A stretch of 64,000 bases of DNA from the human T2T-CHM13v2.0 reference genome, Homo sapiens: assembly GCF_009914755.1 (NCBI RefSeq), contig NC_060927.1. One strand, written 5' to 3'. Below the pieces are notes generated by a model. That model saw nothing but the letters and a program-made list of their open reading frames with translations, searched no databases and was not told the origin of the DNA. This document shows positions 45,222-58,571 of the stretch, one piece after another (within the stretch, counting starts at the first letter, position 1; every line of letters begins with the position of its first letter). The translations under genes and the position numbers were made by a program.

Positions 45222-45930
45222 AATATATACAGTAAATAAGAAAAAAAAACAGAAACCCAAAAGAAAAATCCTCAAAGAATATGAATAGACAGCTCACTGA
45301 AAAATAAACACAAATGGATTTTAAATGTCTGAAAAAGTTATCATAAACAAACTGATAGTATAAAAAGTGAATATTAAAACTCAGATTGCTAGATATAACT
45401 ACTCCATTGGCAAAGGTCAAAAAGCAAAATAACACATTGGCAAGGAAATAGGAAAATATGTTTCTCATACATTGTACAAGGTAGCAGAAATTAACCATCG
45501 GTGGATGGTAATTTGCAAAACTTATCAAAATCTCAAATGCACATGTACCTTGACCTACCAATTCTATTTCTAAGAATATATCCTGTAGATTTGCTCTCAT
45601 ATGTATGCAGAGATGAATGCGCAAGGTTATTAACTACATCATTATTTGTGATAGGAATTGGAAACAATGTAAATGTCTATCAACATAAGATTTGTTACAT
45701 ATGTTGTAAATGTAGAAAAAATGAGGTAGATCATTATATACTCATACATATAGATAAGTTATTCAGTGAAAAATTCAAAGGTAATAGTGTTGAAAGGAAA
45801 ATTAGGAAGTCAGCAGTGAGAAGAGGAAAGAAGACTTAATTTACATAGTATACTCTCTGGTGTTATTTTAATATTTTACCTTATGAGCATAATTGATATG
45901 TCTATAAATAAAAAGCCAGTCAAAAATAAT
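45222..45930 (+). mobile_element. L1ME 3' region
   Basis: aaagaatatgaatagacagctcac…tgacctaccaattctatttctaagaatatatcct…ggaaacaatgtaaatgtctatcaa. Confidence 0.7.
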
Positions 45931-46056
45931 TAATTTTAAAATATATTATCCAAAGTATCCACTTTAAGCTCAATGAAAAATAATAAGAGGAGGTTATTTG
46001 AGAACCAATCCAAACCAAGACCAGACCAAACTCTCCAAGTGCAGTAGCTATTGGGA

Positions 46057-47516
46057 AATATTGTATATTTGTAGTAATGACTCCAATTTTTCAGTCCTTG
46101 TATCCATGCCCTTTGTTGTTGTCAGGTAAATTTCAGTGGTTTCTCGCTGTAGCAGGGACATAATTCTACCCCTGACATCCACGTGACTTGCTTTGGCTAA
46201 TACAATAAAATGGAAGTGATGAGATGTCAGTGGTAAGATTAGGCTTTCAGAGACTGTGTGTTTCAGCTTGTTCCTCATGCTTCTGCTATCTCCATGAGAA
46301 GGACATGCCTAAGGATCCCACTTGTCCCAGGAGAAGAATAAGAGTCATGTGGACCAGATTGATTGCAGCTAAGATTGCGTATCCATTCTCAGCCTGAGCC
46401 AACCCCAACCTTGAGCAGAACCTCCAGGGGACTTACAGACACATGAGCAAGTCCAGTTAAGATCAGCCAAGTTCAACCTCATAACCTGTGAGCTTTAATA
46501 ATGAATTGTTGTTTTAAATAATTGTTAATCCAGAAGTCTCACTACTGGGTATCTACCCAAAGGAAAATAAGTCATTATATGAAAGACACTTACATACATA
46601 TGTTTATAACAGCACAATTCATAATTGCAAAGATGTGGAACCAACCTAAGTGCCCATCAACTAACGAGTGGATAAAGAAAATGTGGTAGATAGACACCAT
46701 GGAATATTACTCAGCCTTTAAAAGGAATGAAATAATGTCTTTTGCAGCAACTTGGATGGAGCTGGAGGCCATTATTCTAAGTGTAACACAGGAGTAGAAA
46801 ACCAAAAACCATATGTTCTCACTTACAAGTGGGAGCTAAGCTGTGAGTACACAAAGGCATACTGAGTGGTATAATAGACTTTAGGGACTCAGAAGGTGGA
46901 GGGTGGGAGCAGGGTTAGGGATAAAAAACTACACATTAGGTACAATGTACACTACTGGAGTGATGGGTGCACTAAAATCTCAGAATTTACCACTATATAA
47001 TTCATCCGTGTAACAAAAAAAAACTTGTACCCCAAAAGCTATTGAAATAAATTTTTTTAAAAAAGGAAGAGGGAAGAGGAATTGCCCTTTGAACAACCCA
47101 GTGTCAATCAAAAAATCCCAATGTGTTCCAAGGTGTACTCTATCTCAATTCTTTGTATTCTTATAGCCTAATTAAGCACACAGATTTTCAATAAATGCTT
47201 ATTAGAATAATTGGATGATTCAGAAAGTTTAGGACTACCTGGGGGATTTTGGAAAACTGACTGTGGATACATAAATGAAACTATAGATCATGTAGTGGTC
47301 TTTTCCCTGACACCTTAACTCTTGCCTGTCAATCATTTTGACTTCTGGCCAGGAAGTTGTGCAGTGCAGCGAGAAAATGCAAATGGGCAGAGAAGCAAAG
47401 GAGCCTCAGTTTCTTTCTTTGTGAAATGGATAAGAATAAAATAAAGCTCGTCTGTTATTAAAAAATAAATAAATAATTGTTAAGGTGGTTTGTTACATGA
47501 CAATTGCCAGCCAACA
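46057..47516 (+). mobile_element. MLT1G-like MaLR LTR split by an L1PB insertion
   Basis: tccttgtatccatgccctttg…cgtgacttgctttggctaat…ccatgagaaggacatgcc…aattgttgtttta | ggtggtttgttac…gccaaca. Confidence 0.7.
46529..47470 (+). mobile_element. 5'-truncated L1PB (PB2-like, 46529-47064) plus ~395 bp 3'-transduced DNA, bounded by TSD AAATAATTGTTAA
   Basis: L1PB 3' end (ctactgggtatctacccaaaggaaaataagtcattatatg…cccaaaagctattgaaataaa); TSD at 46516-46528 and 47471-47483. Confidence 0.85.
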
Positions 47517-47554
47517 GGGATGGTGTCAAGGTGTTTTAACCATATTACCTTGAA

Positions 47555-48046
47555 TGGAGTGTGGTAAGGCCAGAAGCAGATTACAAGAGAGAAACAGGAA
47601 AGAATTCAACAGTTATTGTACTCACAGGTCCCTGGGAGAACACAGCACACCATGCAGGGATGCTCAGGTGAAGCTCCAGGCTGATCATGAGGCAGAGGGA
47701 GAAAGGGCACCTGTGGGCAGGTGCCTTTATTATGGTTTCTGTGGGAAGGAATGCGTGAGGCAGGGTAAGCAAGCTAGTTTGACTAGTTTAAGCCATTCCA
47801 GAATTAGCTAGTTCAAATAATTTCTGGGGCATGGGGGTTGTCCCTAGTCACCTGATACCTGGCCCTGGGGTGATTAGGGCAGGGGTAGAGCAGTCCAGGT
47901 GTATGGTAGCCCTGAGTGTGAGAGCCTAGTAGAGGAGGTAGCTGAGGATGTGGATTTAATTGGATGCTCAAGACAGAGAACTGACCAGCGTCTAGCCAGG
48001 GCCTCAACCCTGGATTAAGACAGTATTTTTAGAAAACTATAATACT
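47555..48046 (-). mobile_element. LTR53/MER88-like ERVL LTR (MER74 group)
   Basis: gttattgtactcacaggtcc…gttgtccctagt…tacctggccctggggtgattagggcagg…tctagccagggcctcaa…aaaactataatac. Confidence 0.65.
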
Positions 48047-48193
48047 CAAGTTCATAGTCCCTGTGGCCTTATGGATTTTTTTTTTTTCTCACAGAATATG
48101 TAGTAAGAAGCAGCTAGAGGCAGGCATCCTGGGGAAAAAATCAGATACAGGGTATATCAATTATTAATTATCTGGATTAAAACTCCATTGAGG

Positions 48194-48778
48194 GTGTTCC
48201 AGTTGCTATGGCTGCATAACAAACTACCCCAAAATACACTGGTTTATTTTGCTTACAGATCTGCCATTTGGGTAGGGCTCAGTGAGAACAGCTTGTCTCC
48301 ATTCTATTTGGCATCTATGAGGGGCAGCCTAAGGGCCAGGGGCTAGAGCCATCTGAAGTCCTGATCACTCACGTGTCTAGTGGTCAAAGCTGGCTGTGAG
48401 CTGACACCTTAGCTGGGGTTGTTGACTAAAACACCTACATGCGGCCTCTCCATTTGGCTACATGGGCTTCCTTATAACATGGCAGCTGTGTTCTCCAGAC
48501 CCTTGTGATAGGAAATATTGTAAATAATCTAAATATCTAACAACATGAAATTTGTTACATATGATGTGGAAGCCATATCATTTTTTATGACCTAACCTTG
48601 GAAATAATGCAGTTTTTCTTCTGCTATATTCTGTTCCTTAGGTTAGTAACAAAGCCCCACTCAGGTTCAAGGAGGGGGAAATAGACTCCATCTCTTGATG
48701 AAGAGTGTAAAAGTGCTGGGACAGCATGTGGACTAGAAATATTGCTGTGTCTGTTTTTGGAAAATACAGTCTGCCTCA
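48194..48778 (-). mobile_element. MLT1F-type MaLR LTR
   Basis: tgttccagttgctatggctgcataacaaactacccc…gggctcagtgagaacagcttgtc…tttggaaaatacagtctgcctca. Confidence 0.8.
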
Positions 48779-50345
48779 GGGGATGGGGGAGCACAGTAAA
48801 AATGAGGTAGGCGGTGTCTCTGAGGTGAGAGAAGCGAGTAGGGGCATGACTAAGCTTGGCTGCGAAGAGCCTGGGAGAAGCAGGCAAGCGATGCCTGCCT
48901 GTGGTAGAGAGTGAGCTGGAGACGCTGGTAAGCAGCAAGGAGCTTTCACGGCCTGCCTGACAGTTGTCACCTTTCTTTAGTGGCATCTCTGCTGGGTGCT
49001 GCTTAGGACTAATGATGCCAGGGTGTGGTGGGAGGTTAAAAGTGTGGCTGAAGTTGCAGGAGTCAGTGGGACCTGATGCTGCATCAGGAGTGTCCTGGGC
49101 TCAGGCTTGGCTAGCAGGAGGGGCAAATCTGAAAGCTATCATGGACACAGTGGGGGCAGCAAATAAAATCCCTGTTATTTGTACAGTGCTAGGGAGGCAT
49201 GGAGCAGTGTACTAGAAGCTGGTGAGGAAAAGGCAGGTTGCTTAATGTCTTTGACCTCAGTTTCCACATCTGCAAAGTGGACATTGCCTACTTTTCAGGG
49301 TTACCAGGAAGATTAAGTACAAGGATACCTGAGACATTTGATTACAAACGCCAGTTAGTGGACACTCCACATAGAGGCCATTATTGCTATGCTTGGATTC
49401 TCATGAGCCTTCTCAAAGGAAAAGGAACTAAGTGCCAATATTTTGTCCAGAAATAGACTGACTCCCAGGCGTCAACATCATCTCGCAATATTAATTCCTG
49501 GGAGCATTTACGGGGAAGGCAACAGAGTCTGATAGGGGAAATGATCCACTTCTTGATTTGAGCCTGACAGCTCAGAGCCTCCCACTCACAGCAGAGGACC
49601 TGCAGACTGGGTTTCCCAGAGAAACCAGCTACTTCTTGCTGCAAGGGAGGTGCCTCTATTTGAAGCTAAGACTGACACACAGCCCCAGATTCAGGCTGGA
49701 AAAAGGCCGGGAGCCTTGCTCTTCCCTCCTCCCCATGGGCCTCCCCCTGTTCTCTTTGCTTTCCCCAGGTCCCCTCTCAGGGCTTAGCTCAGGTGGCCTG
49801 GCCCCTCACCCATCTTGCTCTCAGGGCAGAGGAGTTGCTGAGACAGGGAACAAAGGAGGCCGCACTCAAACGCTGACAGTCTCAGATGCACCCACTCAAG
49901 TGCACACTCTTGGCCCTGATTCTGTGTTAAGCTGTGAGCCAAAAATACATCTCATCTAGACGGGAAAATGTGTCTAGAATAGCATTGTCTGTACCCACAC
50001 ACACACACCCTACCAGCCCCACCAAACTTTGGACTGACTGTACACTAGGCCTAGCAAGCAGTAGGTGCTCCATTCCCAGCCTTCCCCTCTTTTTTCTCCT
50101 GCCTTCTGCCCCTCAGGGCCAGCTGTAAGTTCACTTTGGAAGTCTGCAGAACTGGTTCAAGGGCTCAAAAGAATTCTCTTTGACGATCCTCTGGTTCTCT
50201 TACTCCCTTGGAAACGAAAGTCCAATTCAATTCAACAAACATTGAAAAAAATTCAATAAACACTGAAAAAAAATTGAGCACCTACTGCAGGCCAGCCCCC
50301 TGCTTAATACCAGGACAGGCCACTAGGAGCTCTTCGCTAGAGCAG

Positions 50346-50540
50346 CACAGCCCCACAGAGCTTTCTGGGCAATGAGAATGTTCTAAACCTGGGCCATCCA
50401 ATACAGTAACCACTAGCCACATATAGCTACACTGCACTTAAAATGTAGCTAATGCGACTGAGGAACCAAACTGTCCATTTAACTTCATTTTTAATTAAAT
50501 TGTCACAGGTGGACAGTGATTGCTACGTTGGAGAATGCAG
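50346..50540. mobile_element. MER3 hAT MITE within L2 remnants
   Basis: aatgttctaaacctgggccatccaatacagtaaccactagccacat…gcacttaaaatgtagctaatgcgactgaggaac. Confidence 0.8.
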
Positions 50541-51827
50541 GCTAGAAAGAGGCAGGTGTGTGCATGAGAGCTCTCTTCTACCTTCCACTCCAAAGTCCTA
50601 CAATACAGCAGGAGAGCATCAGGGTTAGGGAAGGCTTCTTGGAGGTGGTGTTCTGGCAGAAGAGGATTAAAGGAGGCAGAGGATTTCAACAGGGGAGTCT
50701 AGGTGGGAAACGGACTTCCAGGCAGACACTAGCACTGGGCAAAGGCGCAGAAGCCGGAAGTGGGGCATGTCTCCAGGGGGCTGTTAGGAAAGGGGGAGGC
50801 TGGTACATCAGTTCCTTAGGGGTAAAGGGAGTGAAATGGGACATGAGGCTGGACTAGCAGGCTGAGGAGAGCTTGACTGTCAGGCTACACGCTGCGGGCA
50901 CCCTGCTGCCTTTGAGCAATGAAACGATACAGTCAAGGTAAGCTTAAAGAAGCAGGCAGCTGTGTCTAAGACAAATAAGAGGGCAAGCTGGGCAGCCCTG
51001 GGAGGTGGGTGCCGTTATCCAAGCAAGAGGGAATGAAGACCTGAGTCGGTACAGACGCAAGGATTTGGGAAAGGGGGAGTGTGAGTGTACCCTCGAAGCC
51101 ACTCCTAGCACCTTCTCTGTCTTGCACCCCTAGCACCCAGCTAAGTTTCAGACTATAAAAGGAAGTCAAAGCACATAGTAAGTGGCCAATAAATGTTTGC
51201 AGGGGGGAAGGATGAAATCGAGCAATTTCTTAGGTATGATGATTGGTTAGAATGTATCCTTGGGGCTGAAACAGAGATATTGATTCATTCCCTTGAACTC
51301 CAGAGAGCTCTTGGGTGCTTACTAAGGGCTGCACACATAGGTATGGGGGATGTGGCATAAAAGAGCCCCAGCCCTGTCCTCGGGGAGGTCACAGCCTCAC
51401 TGAGGGAGGCAATCAGCTTCTGAGGCTCCTGTCTGAATCGAGGATGGCCCTTAATGAAATTTGAGAAGTCAGGAAGAAAAGCTGGCAGGTCGGGCAGAGC
51501 ATTATTGTTTGGGGCATGCTAAGTTCAGTGTGCCAGTGAGACAATCAGGGTGGAGAGGCCCAGCTGGTCCTTGGAATAGGTGTTGGGGCCACTATCTTTG
51601 CTTGTGCAGTCCTGAGCACAGTGGAGAAACTGAGGGAGCAGGAGGGGTAGAGGTGTCCAGGAAGTAGAATCAGAAATGGAGGCAGAAGGCAGTGCCCACA
51701 GAACAGGCTTCATGCTCCCCTGTCACATCACAGGTTCTGGTCTCTGTGATTGTGAAGCGGGACTAATGGACTCAACTAAACCTATTCTCCTTTAAGTGTT
51801 GCTCAAAAAAACCAACACCTTTACCAA

Positions 51828-52207
51828 TGATATGGGCTAAACTGTGTTCCCAAAATTCATATGTTGGAGTCCTAACCCCCAGTACCTCAGAATGTGACTG
51901 TACTTGGAGACAGTCTCTAAAGAGGTAATTAAGTTAAATGAAGCCATTAGGGTGGGCCCTAATTCAATATGGCTGATGTCCTTATAACAGGAAATTAGGA
52001 CACAGACAGGTTCAGAGGGAGCCCCTGTGAAAACAACGGGAGGAGACAGGCACCTCCCAGCCGAGGAGAAGGCCTTACAAGAAATTAAACCTGCCAATGT
52101 TCTGGTCTTGGACATCTAGCCTCACCACCATAAGAAAATAACTTTCTGCTGTTTAAGCCATCCAGTCTGCCTAGTGCACTGTATGGCAGCCCTAGCAAAC
52201 TAAAACA
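51828..52207 (+). mobile_element. MLT1B/C-type MaLR solo LTR
   Basis: caaaattcatatgttggagtcctaacccccagtacctcagaatgtgactgta…ctgtttaagccatccagtctg…ggcagccctagcaaactaaaaca. Confidence 0.88.
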
Positions 52208-54705
52208 CCTGGCCATTGTTCAGTGGGTGACAGCTTTAGGCAAGAAGGCCTCTAATCCTCTTCTCCTTCTGCCAAACAGGCAGTGCCCTCCCCACTGAGC
52301 AGAACTTCCCTTCCCCTTCCCCTTTCCCACAGGACCCCACTCCCACACACCTACTCTCATCCCAACAAGGGTGATAAAAGGATTTTAGAGCCCTTCAGGT
52401 TGCAGTCTCTCACTTTTTTAAAATATCTCTTGTAATATACGTAGAAAAAGCAGTGTTTGTCCCTTGGCAAAGACTCCTCAGATATATTCCCAGACTGAAG
52501 TTCACATGCACTAAACAGCAGTTGCTTTAACTCCACCTGGACACCCCCAGGCAGCCTATGCATTTTTTTTTTTTTTGGCCTTTGAATTAAATGCAAAGAA
52601 GAAACAGAGGGATAAGAAATTCAGCCACATGCATCCTCTTCCTCTGTGCCTCAGCCCCCAAAACACACCACACACACACACACACACAGAGAGACAGGAG
52701 AGGGCATGCATCCCCTTTCCCTGGCAACTGTCCTCTCACTCAAAAGCTGTGCCCTTGGGACCAAGGCCACCTCCTACCTCCTCCAGCACATACAGCCTGA
52801 CAGCCCAGCATCTGTCAGTTACAAGCCGAGGTCTCCCTGACAGCCCTGACCTGACTTGGGGTCCTAATAGCTGAGTTCTGACAAGTGAGGAGAGTTGGTG
52901 ATCAAGGGCAGCAGTCCTGCGGGCAGCTCCAAGGACTCCAATGCTTGGCATCAGGCACGCCAAATCCCAGGGTGGCAGGGTGCATCTTCTGCCTTTCATC
53001 CAGCTGTTCTGACATCTCGACGCCCCGGCCAGAGGAGATCCATGTTTTACCCCTAGCCCTGACCAAGCTCTGAGCGAAGTTGAAAAAGTCACCAACCTGA
53101 TCTGTAGTTCTGCCCACCTGCCTTGTGAAATTAGGAATATCCATGCAAGAGACTCCTTCCCTTCCTTGGATCTGACTAAGCCCTCTGTTGTCCCAGGGGT
53201 CCCTCTCTAAGGCCGACAAGATGGGACAGTGAGAAAGAATCCCTGACACTGGGTTCACCACCGTGGCTCTCACTCAGGAAAATGGACTTTGGGAGCAGCT
53301 CAGCCTGCAGCTGACAGGTAACAGCTGTGGGGCGGCTCCAGCTCCTTCCCATTGGCAAATTAGCACCTGCCAGACCTGCAGTCAAAACAGCCAAAGGACT
53401 CTGGATCATTGGAAGTAAGCTGACATCTGCTTGAAGGGAAACTGAAAGGAGGAAAGTGGTGGGGTAGAAGATAGAAAAAAGGTGTTCTCATCCTCAAGAA
53501 AACCTCTGTCCTCTCTATTTCTGTGCAGTTCAAACGAACTTACCAATGCCTGGGCTACTACTGGAATGGAGGTCCTGGGGGACAAAGCTAGACAGAGCTC
53601 TCAGGGCCTCAGTTTCCATCTGCATAATGGATGTACTCAGACATCTCTCTCATGGGAGTGTCGTGAGTATTCATGCAGGGCCAGTCCCTGTATGCACCAG
53701 TACCAAAGGACTCAACCCAGTACATGACAGCTGTTACTACTGAAAGAAGTCAGGGAAGGAAGCAGGAGGATGCCATCAGTCCCAAGACTCAAGGACAAGG
53801 ATGCTCTCATGGAGTAAAATAGGAGGTGTAAAGCCAAGATTACGAAGAGCAGGACACCAAAGGATCTGATGATAATGTTCAAGTTGTACATAACAAACAG
53901 TTTAAGTGATTCCCTTTTAGTTACTGGTGGGTGGAGATGCATACCAGGTATGCCCTTGGGACCCAGGCCACGATCCACCTCCTCCAGCACATATAGCCTG
54001 ACAGCCCAGCAACTCCAGAGTCTACATTTATTTTAGCAGGATTTCTGCTTCTTCAAAAATTTTGTTTCAAAGCTCTTCGAAATAAAGTTGATTCAGGTCA
54101 ACTGGATGAGAAGCACAGGGCCAAGCCAGACCCAGGTGAGACCTCAAAGGACGTCTAGAGGAGGATCCTTTCCTGCCAGGCTACCACTGCTGTGGAACCC
54201 ACAACACTGGCTCTCAATATTGCTTGGTAAACACCTGAGTGCAGACAGAGGGTTCTCTTCTGACCACCTCTTTGGGCCACAAATGTTTTCCCTCTCGAAA
54301 CTCTCTATTTTGCTGTCTAAAAATTTCTTAGTTGTTTTTTGTGACCACAAACATAACCCAAACTATTTTAAAAAATCTAACTCTTACCAAATAATTAAGG
54401 ACACCAGCAACAACAATTTGGCACTGAATTTTTGTTTCCATTTTACAAAGTAAAGAAATAAATTGAACCAAGAAGGTTTCTCTGTGGCTTGAGTTTTCAA
54501 TGAGCAAGTGATCTTTGCCATATTTTTATACCAGCAAATTTAGGTAGAAACCAACCCATGTTCGTGGTATTCAGCCATGCCCCTGAGGAATACATGGATT
54601 TTCTCCCATCTTGCACTCTCCCAGACACTCCTGAAGTAAACGTTTATTTGGGAACTTGTAGAAATGTTTCTTTAATATAAATTCTTAAAAGTAGGAATGC
54701 TGGTT

Positions 54706-55120
54706 ATATACATACAATGGAATATTATTCAGCCTTTAAAAGTTAGGAAATTCTGACCCCTGGTACAACAGGGACGGGCCTTGAGGGCATTATGGTAAGT
54801 GAAATAAACCAGTCACCAAAGGACAAACAACATATGATTCTACTTACATGAGGTAATAGAGTAGTTAATTCACAGAGACAAAGTAGAAGGGTGGCTTCCA
54901 GGGGCTGTGGGTAAGGGGAAATGGGACTGGTGTTCAGTGGGTGCCGTTTCCAGTTTGCAAGATGGAAAAGTTCTAGAGATCTGTGGCACAACAATGCAAA
55001 CATACGTAACACTACTGAATTGTATACTTAAAAATGATTAAGATGGTCAACTTTATGTTATTTGTATTTTACCACAATCAAAACTAACAATAAAAAAGAG
55101 AAAAGGACTGCCCAAAACAA
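54706..55120 (+). mobile_element. L1MB 3' end inserted in an antisense L1ME, TSD-like aaaa(gta/atg)ggaatgctgg
   Basis: catacaatggaatattattcagcctt…aaagttctagagatctg…cactactgaattgtatacttaaaaatg…ttttaccacaat. Confidence 0.85.
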
Positions 55121-57663
55121 AAAATGGGAATGCTGGATCCAAGGGTGAGTGCATTTTCAGTTTTAACAGATATTGTTGAAGTGCACTCAAGAAAAGCTGG
55201 ACTGATTTTTGTTCTCATTACAGTGTGTGAGGGCCTTTCTTGTCCACTTTTTCTCCATAATGATTTGGTAATAGCACATGGGAGAGAAAATGGGCAGAAA
55301 CTGATACACTTTACTTGAAGTATAACAAAAGAATATTAGTCTGCTCAGCTATGTCCTGATCCTCAAGAGTGGCCACAAAGTAAATTGGGTTGCAGCTTTC
55401 TGCAGGGTAGGTGCAGATCTCTGCGATGCCTCCAGAAACTCCAGAGTTATTCTGGTTCTCTTCCCCCATCCCACTCCCTAACCTTAAAATGATGACTCCA
55501 AAAATCACAGACTGGCCTACATATTTCCCTTAAACAGCTGTCCTACAGAATCACTAAAACTTGGGTTAAAAATAGTCTCAGTCTCTAAAAGAAGGCTGGG
55601 TCCCTGGAACAAAGCCCTCTTAGAAATGCTCCCACCACCACAGAGGGAACACAAAAGCTGACCCATGTGGCCCCAGGGCTCCTCATCAATCCTGACCCTC
55701 CCTGCCACCGTGGAAACAGAGAACCTGCCTGAAATCTTTTCACATCCTTGGTCCATCTGTGAAACAGAAGTCGGAATACAGGGAGAATAATGCAATTACA
55801 ACCAAGCTATGCGTTTGTGCCATTATTTCCATTTTATAAATTCCCAGAGCTCAGAGAATTTAAAATTTAAGTAAGGCGTCTGAATTCACACAGTCAGTAT
55901 GAGAAGCCACATTTTAATCTTAGATCTTGCTCCAAAGATACTGTGATGACAGTACCCTGTTCCCCATTGCAGCCCATCCCCCTAAAATGTCCTGTCAGAT
56001 ATTCAGGTCACATCATCCATAAGAAGATACATTCTGAGTCTTAAACAGAGGACATAAAGTCCTGAACAGGGTTAGAATTCTGCAGCACCAGGAGGAAGGT
56101 TTCTAAACAACCCACCTCAAGAACACCTGGTACCTTGCTGATGGGTTATCCCTTCTTACTGAGCAGAGAAATGCATTTTCCTGGGTGGTGGGTGGGAGTA
56201 AGGATCAGCTGTCTGTTGATGGCAGGCCTGATTTATCTGCTACCAAAAGGAATTAAAGTCTATCGGGTTAAACAGAGTTTTCCAGTGAACTCTTCTTAAA
56301 CTTTGCACCATTATGGTGGTTGTTGGGGGAGGGGAAGGTGGCTCCTCAAGCGCCCACCTGGGCTTTTGTTCTCCAATCAAAATCTCTGAAGCAGATTTAG
56401 AGTGACAAGATCAGGGGAAGCCAGTATCCATTGTCTAGGAGAGATATTTGTGGCAGAAAGGAGAGCAATTTCCTGCTGAATTGATTTACCCATCCTTCGA
56501 ATCATGATCTTACAGATGACCCGGGACACAGGTTTCTACATGGTATTGTAGACCTGGGACACAACTACATGGTATTGATCCAGGAACATGTTTAAGGCAT
56601 CCCAGATGCCAGATTAGGCTGCTGGAGAAGGCCAGGGAGAACTTACTATTTCATTTACTTTATGTGTGTGTGAGAGAAAGGGAGGCAGCATGGGAGAGAG
56701 ACGTTGGGCATTGAGCAGATGATGATGGTTATGGCTGGAGAATCTCTGAAAGCTGGCTTCTTGTCCTGCAAGGACAAAAATGAAGGAGAAAAATGCACAA
56801 GGAGAAATGACCAAGAAGAGTAGCACAATGTTGCTTCGTTAGCTACATACCATGCCCCAGACCTGCAATAAAAGTACACATTCAAGGCCCCCGCCAATCA
56901 TATTTCAGTACCCAGGAGCCCCGTGTCCAAATAGCCCTCAGCCGCTGATGTACTGGGCCCGAGCAGAGGCCAAGCATGGCTGGTTGGGGAAAAGGGGGTG
57001 CAGTCATGTAATGAGTTTAGATTTATGGCTGAAATGTTCACACACATGCCAGGGAGGTTGTTCATGGTATAGGATAAAGCAAAGGGTGGGAAGAGAAGGA
57101 GCGGGAAGAAGACACCATATCTTACCCCAGACCCCAAAAATGTTAGGGATGAGCCTGTCCGTCTGTGACAGCCAGAAGTGTTGGCTGCCAGTGGCCCAGG
57201 GGAACCAGAACCCAGGAGTTCAGTGGAAAGAACAACGTAACATTAATAAGAGGGACCCACCCCTCCTGCAGGTTGTCCCAGCAACCAAGTCTCAGCTGCT
57301 GGTGAAGGCCTGCACAACTAGGTAGTTGCCAAAGTGCACATGGGAGGTAAATGACAAACACTTGGTTCTAGGGGTGGGTTCCAGGATCCCTTCAGGGCAC
57401 TAGGTTCCTAGGTACTGTGGTAATAAGATCCCACTCAGGCCCATGAATGAGGTGGATTAAGCCCTTTCTTCCAAGGCCAACTGTGTAATACATAGGATCC
57501 AGTAGTTCTGCTCTGCCACCTACCTGCTCACTGACCTCAGGAACACCCCTCACTTCACAATATATAAATGAGTAGTTCTCATTCTGTATTTTGGAGAATT
57601 GTTGTAAGATTGAAAGGTCACAGATGCAACATGCCTAAGAGTACCAGACATGCTGGAAGTCCT

Positions 57664-58571
<908 letters not shown>

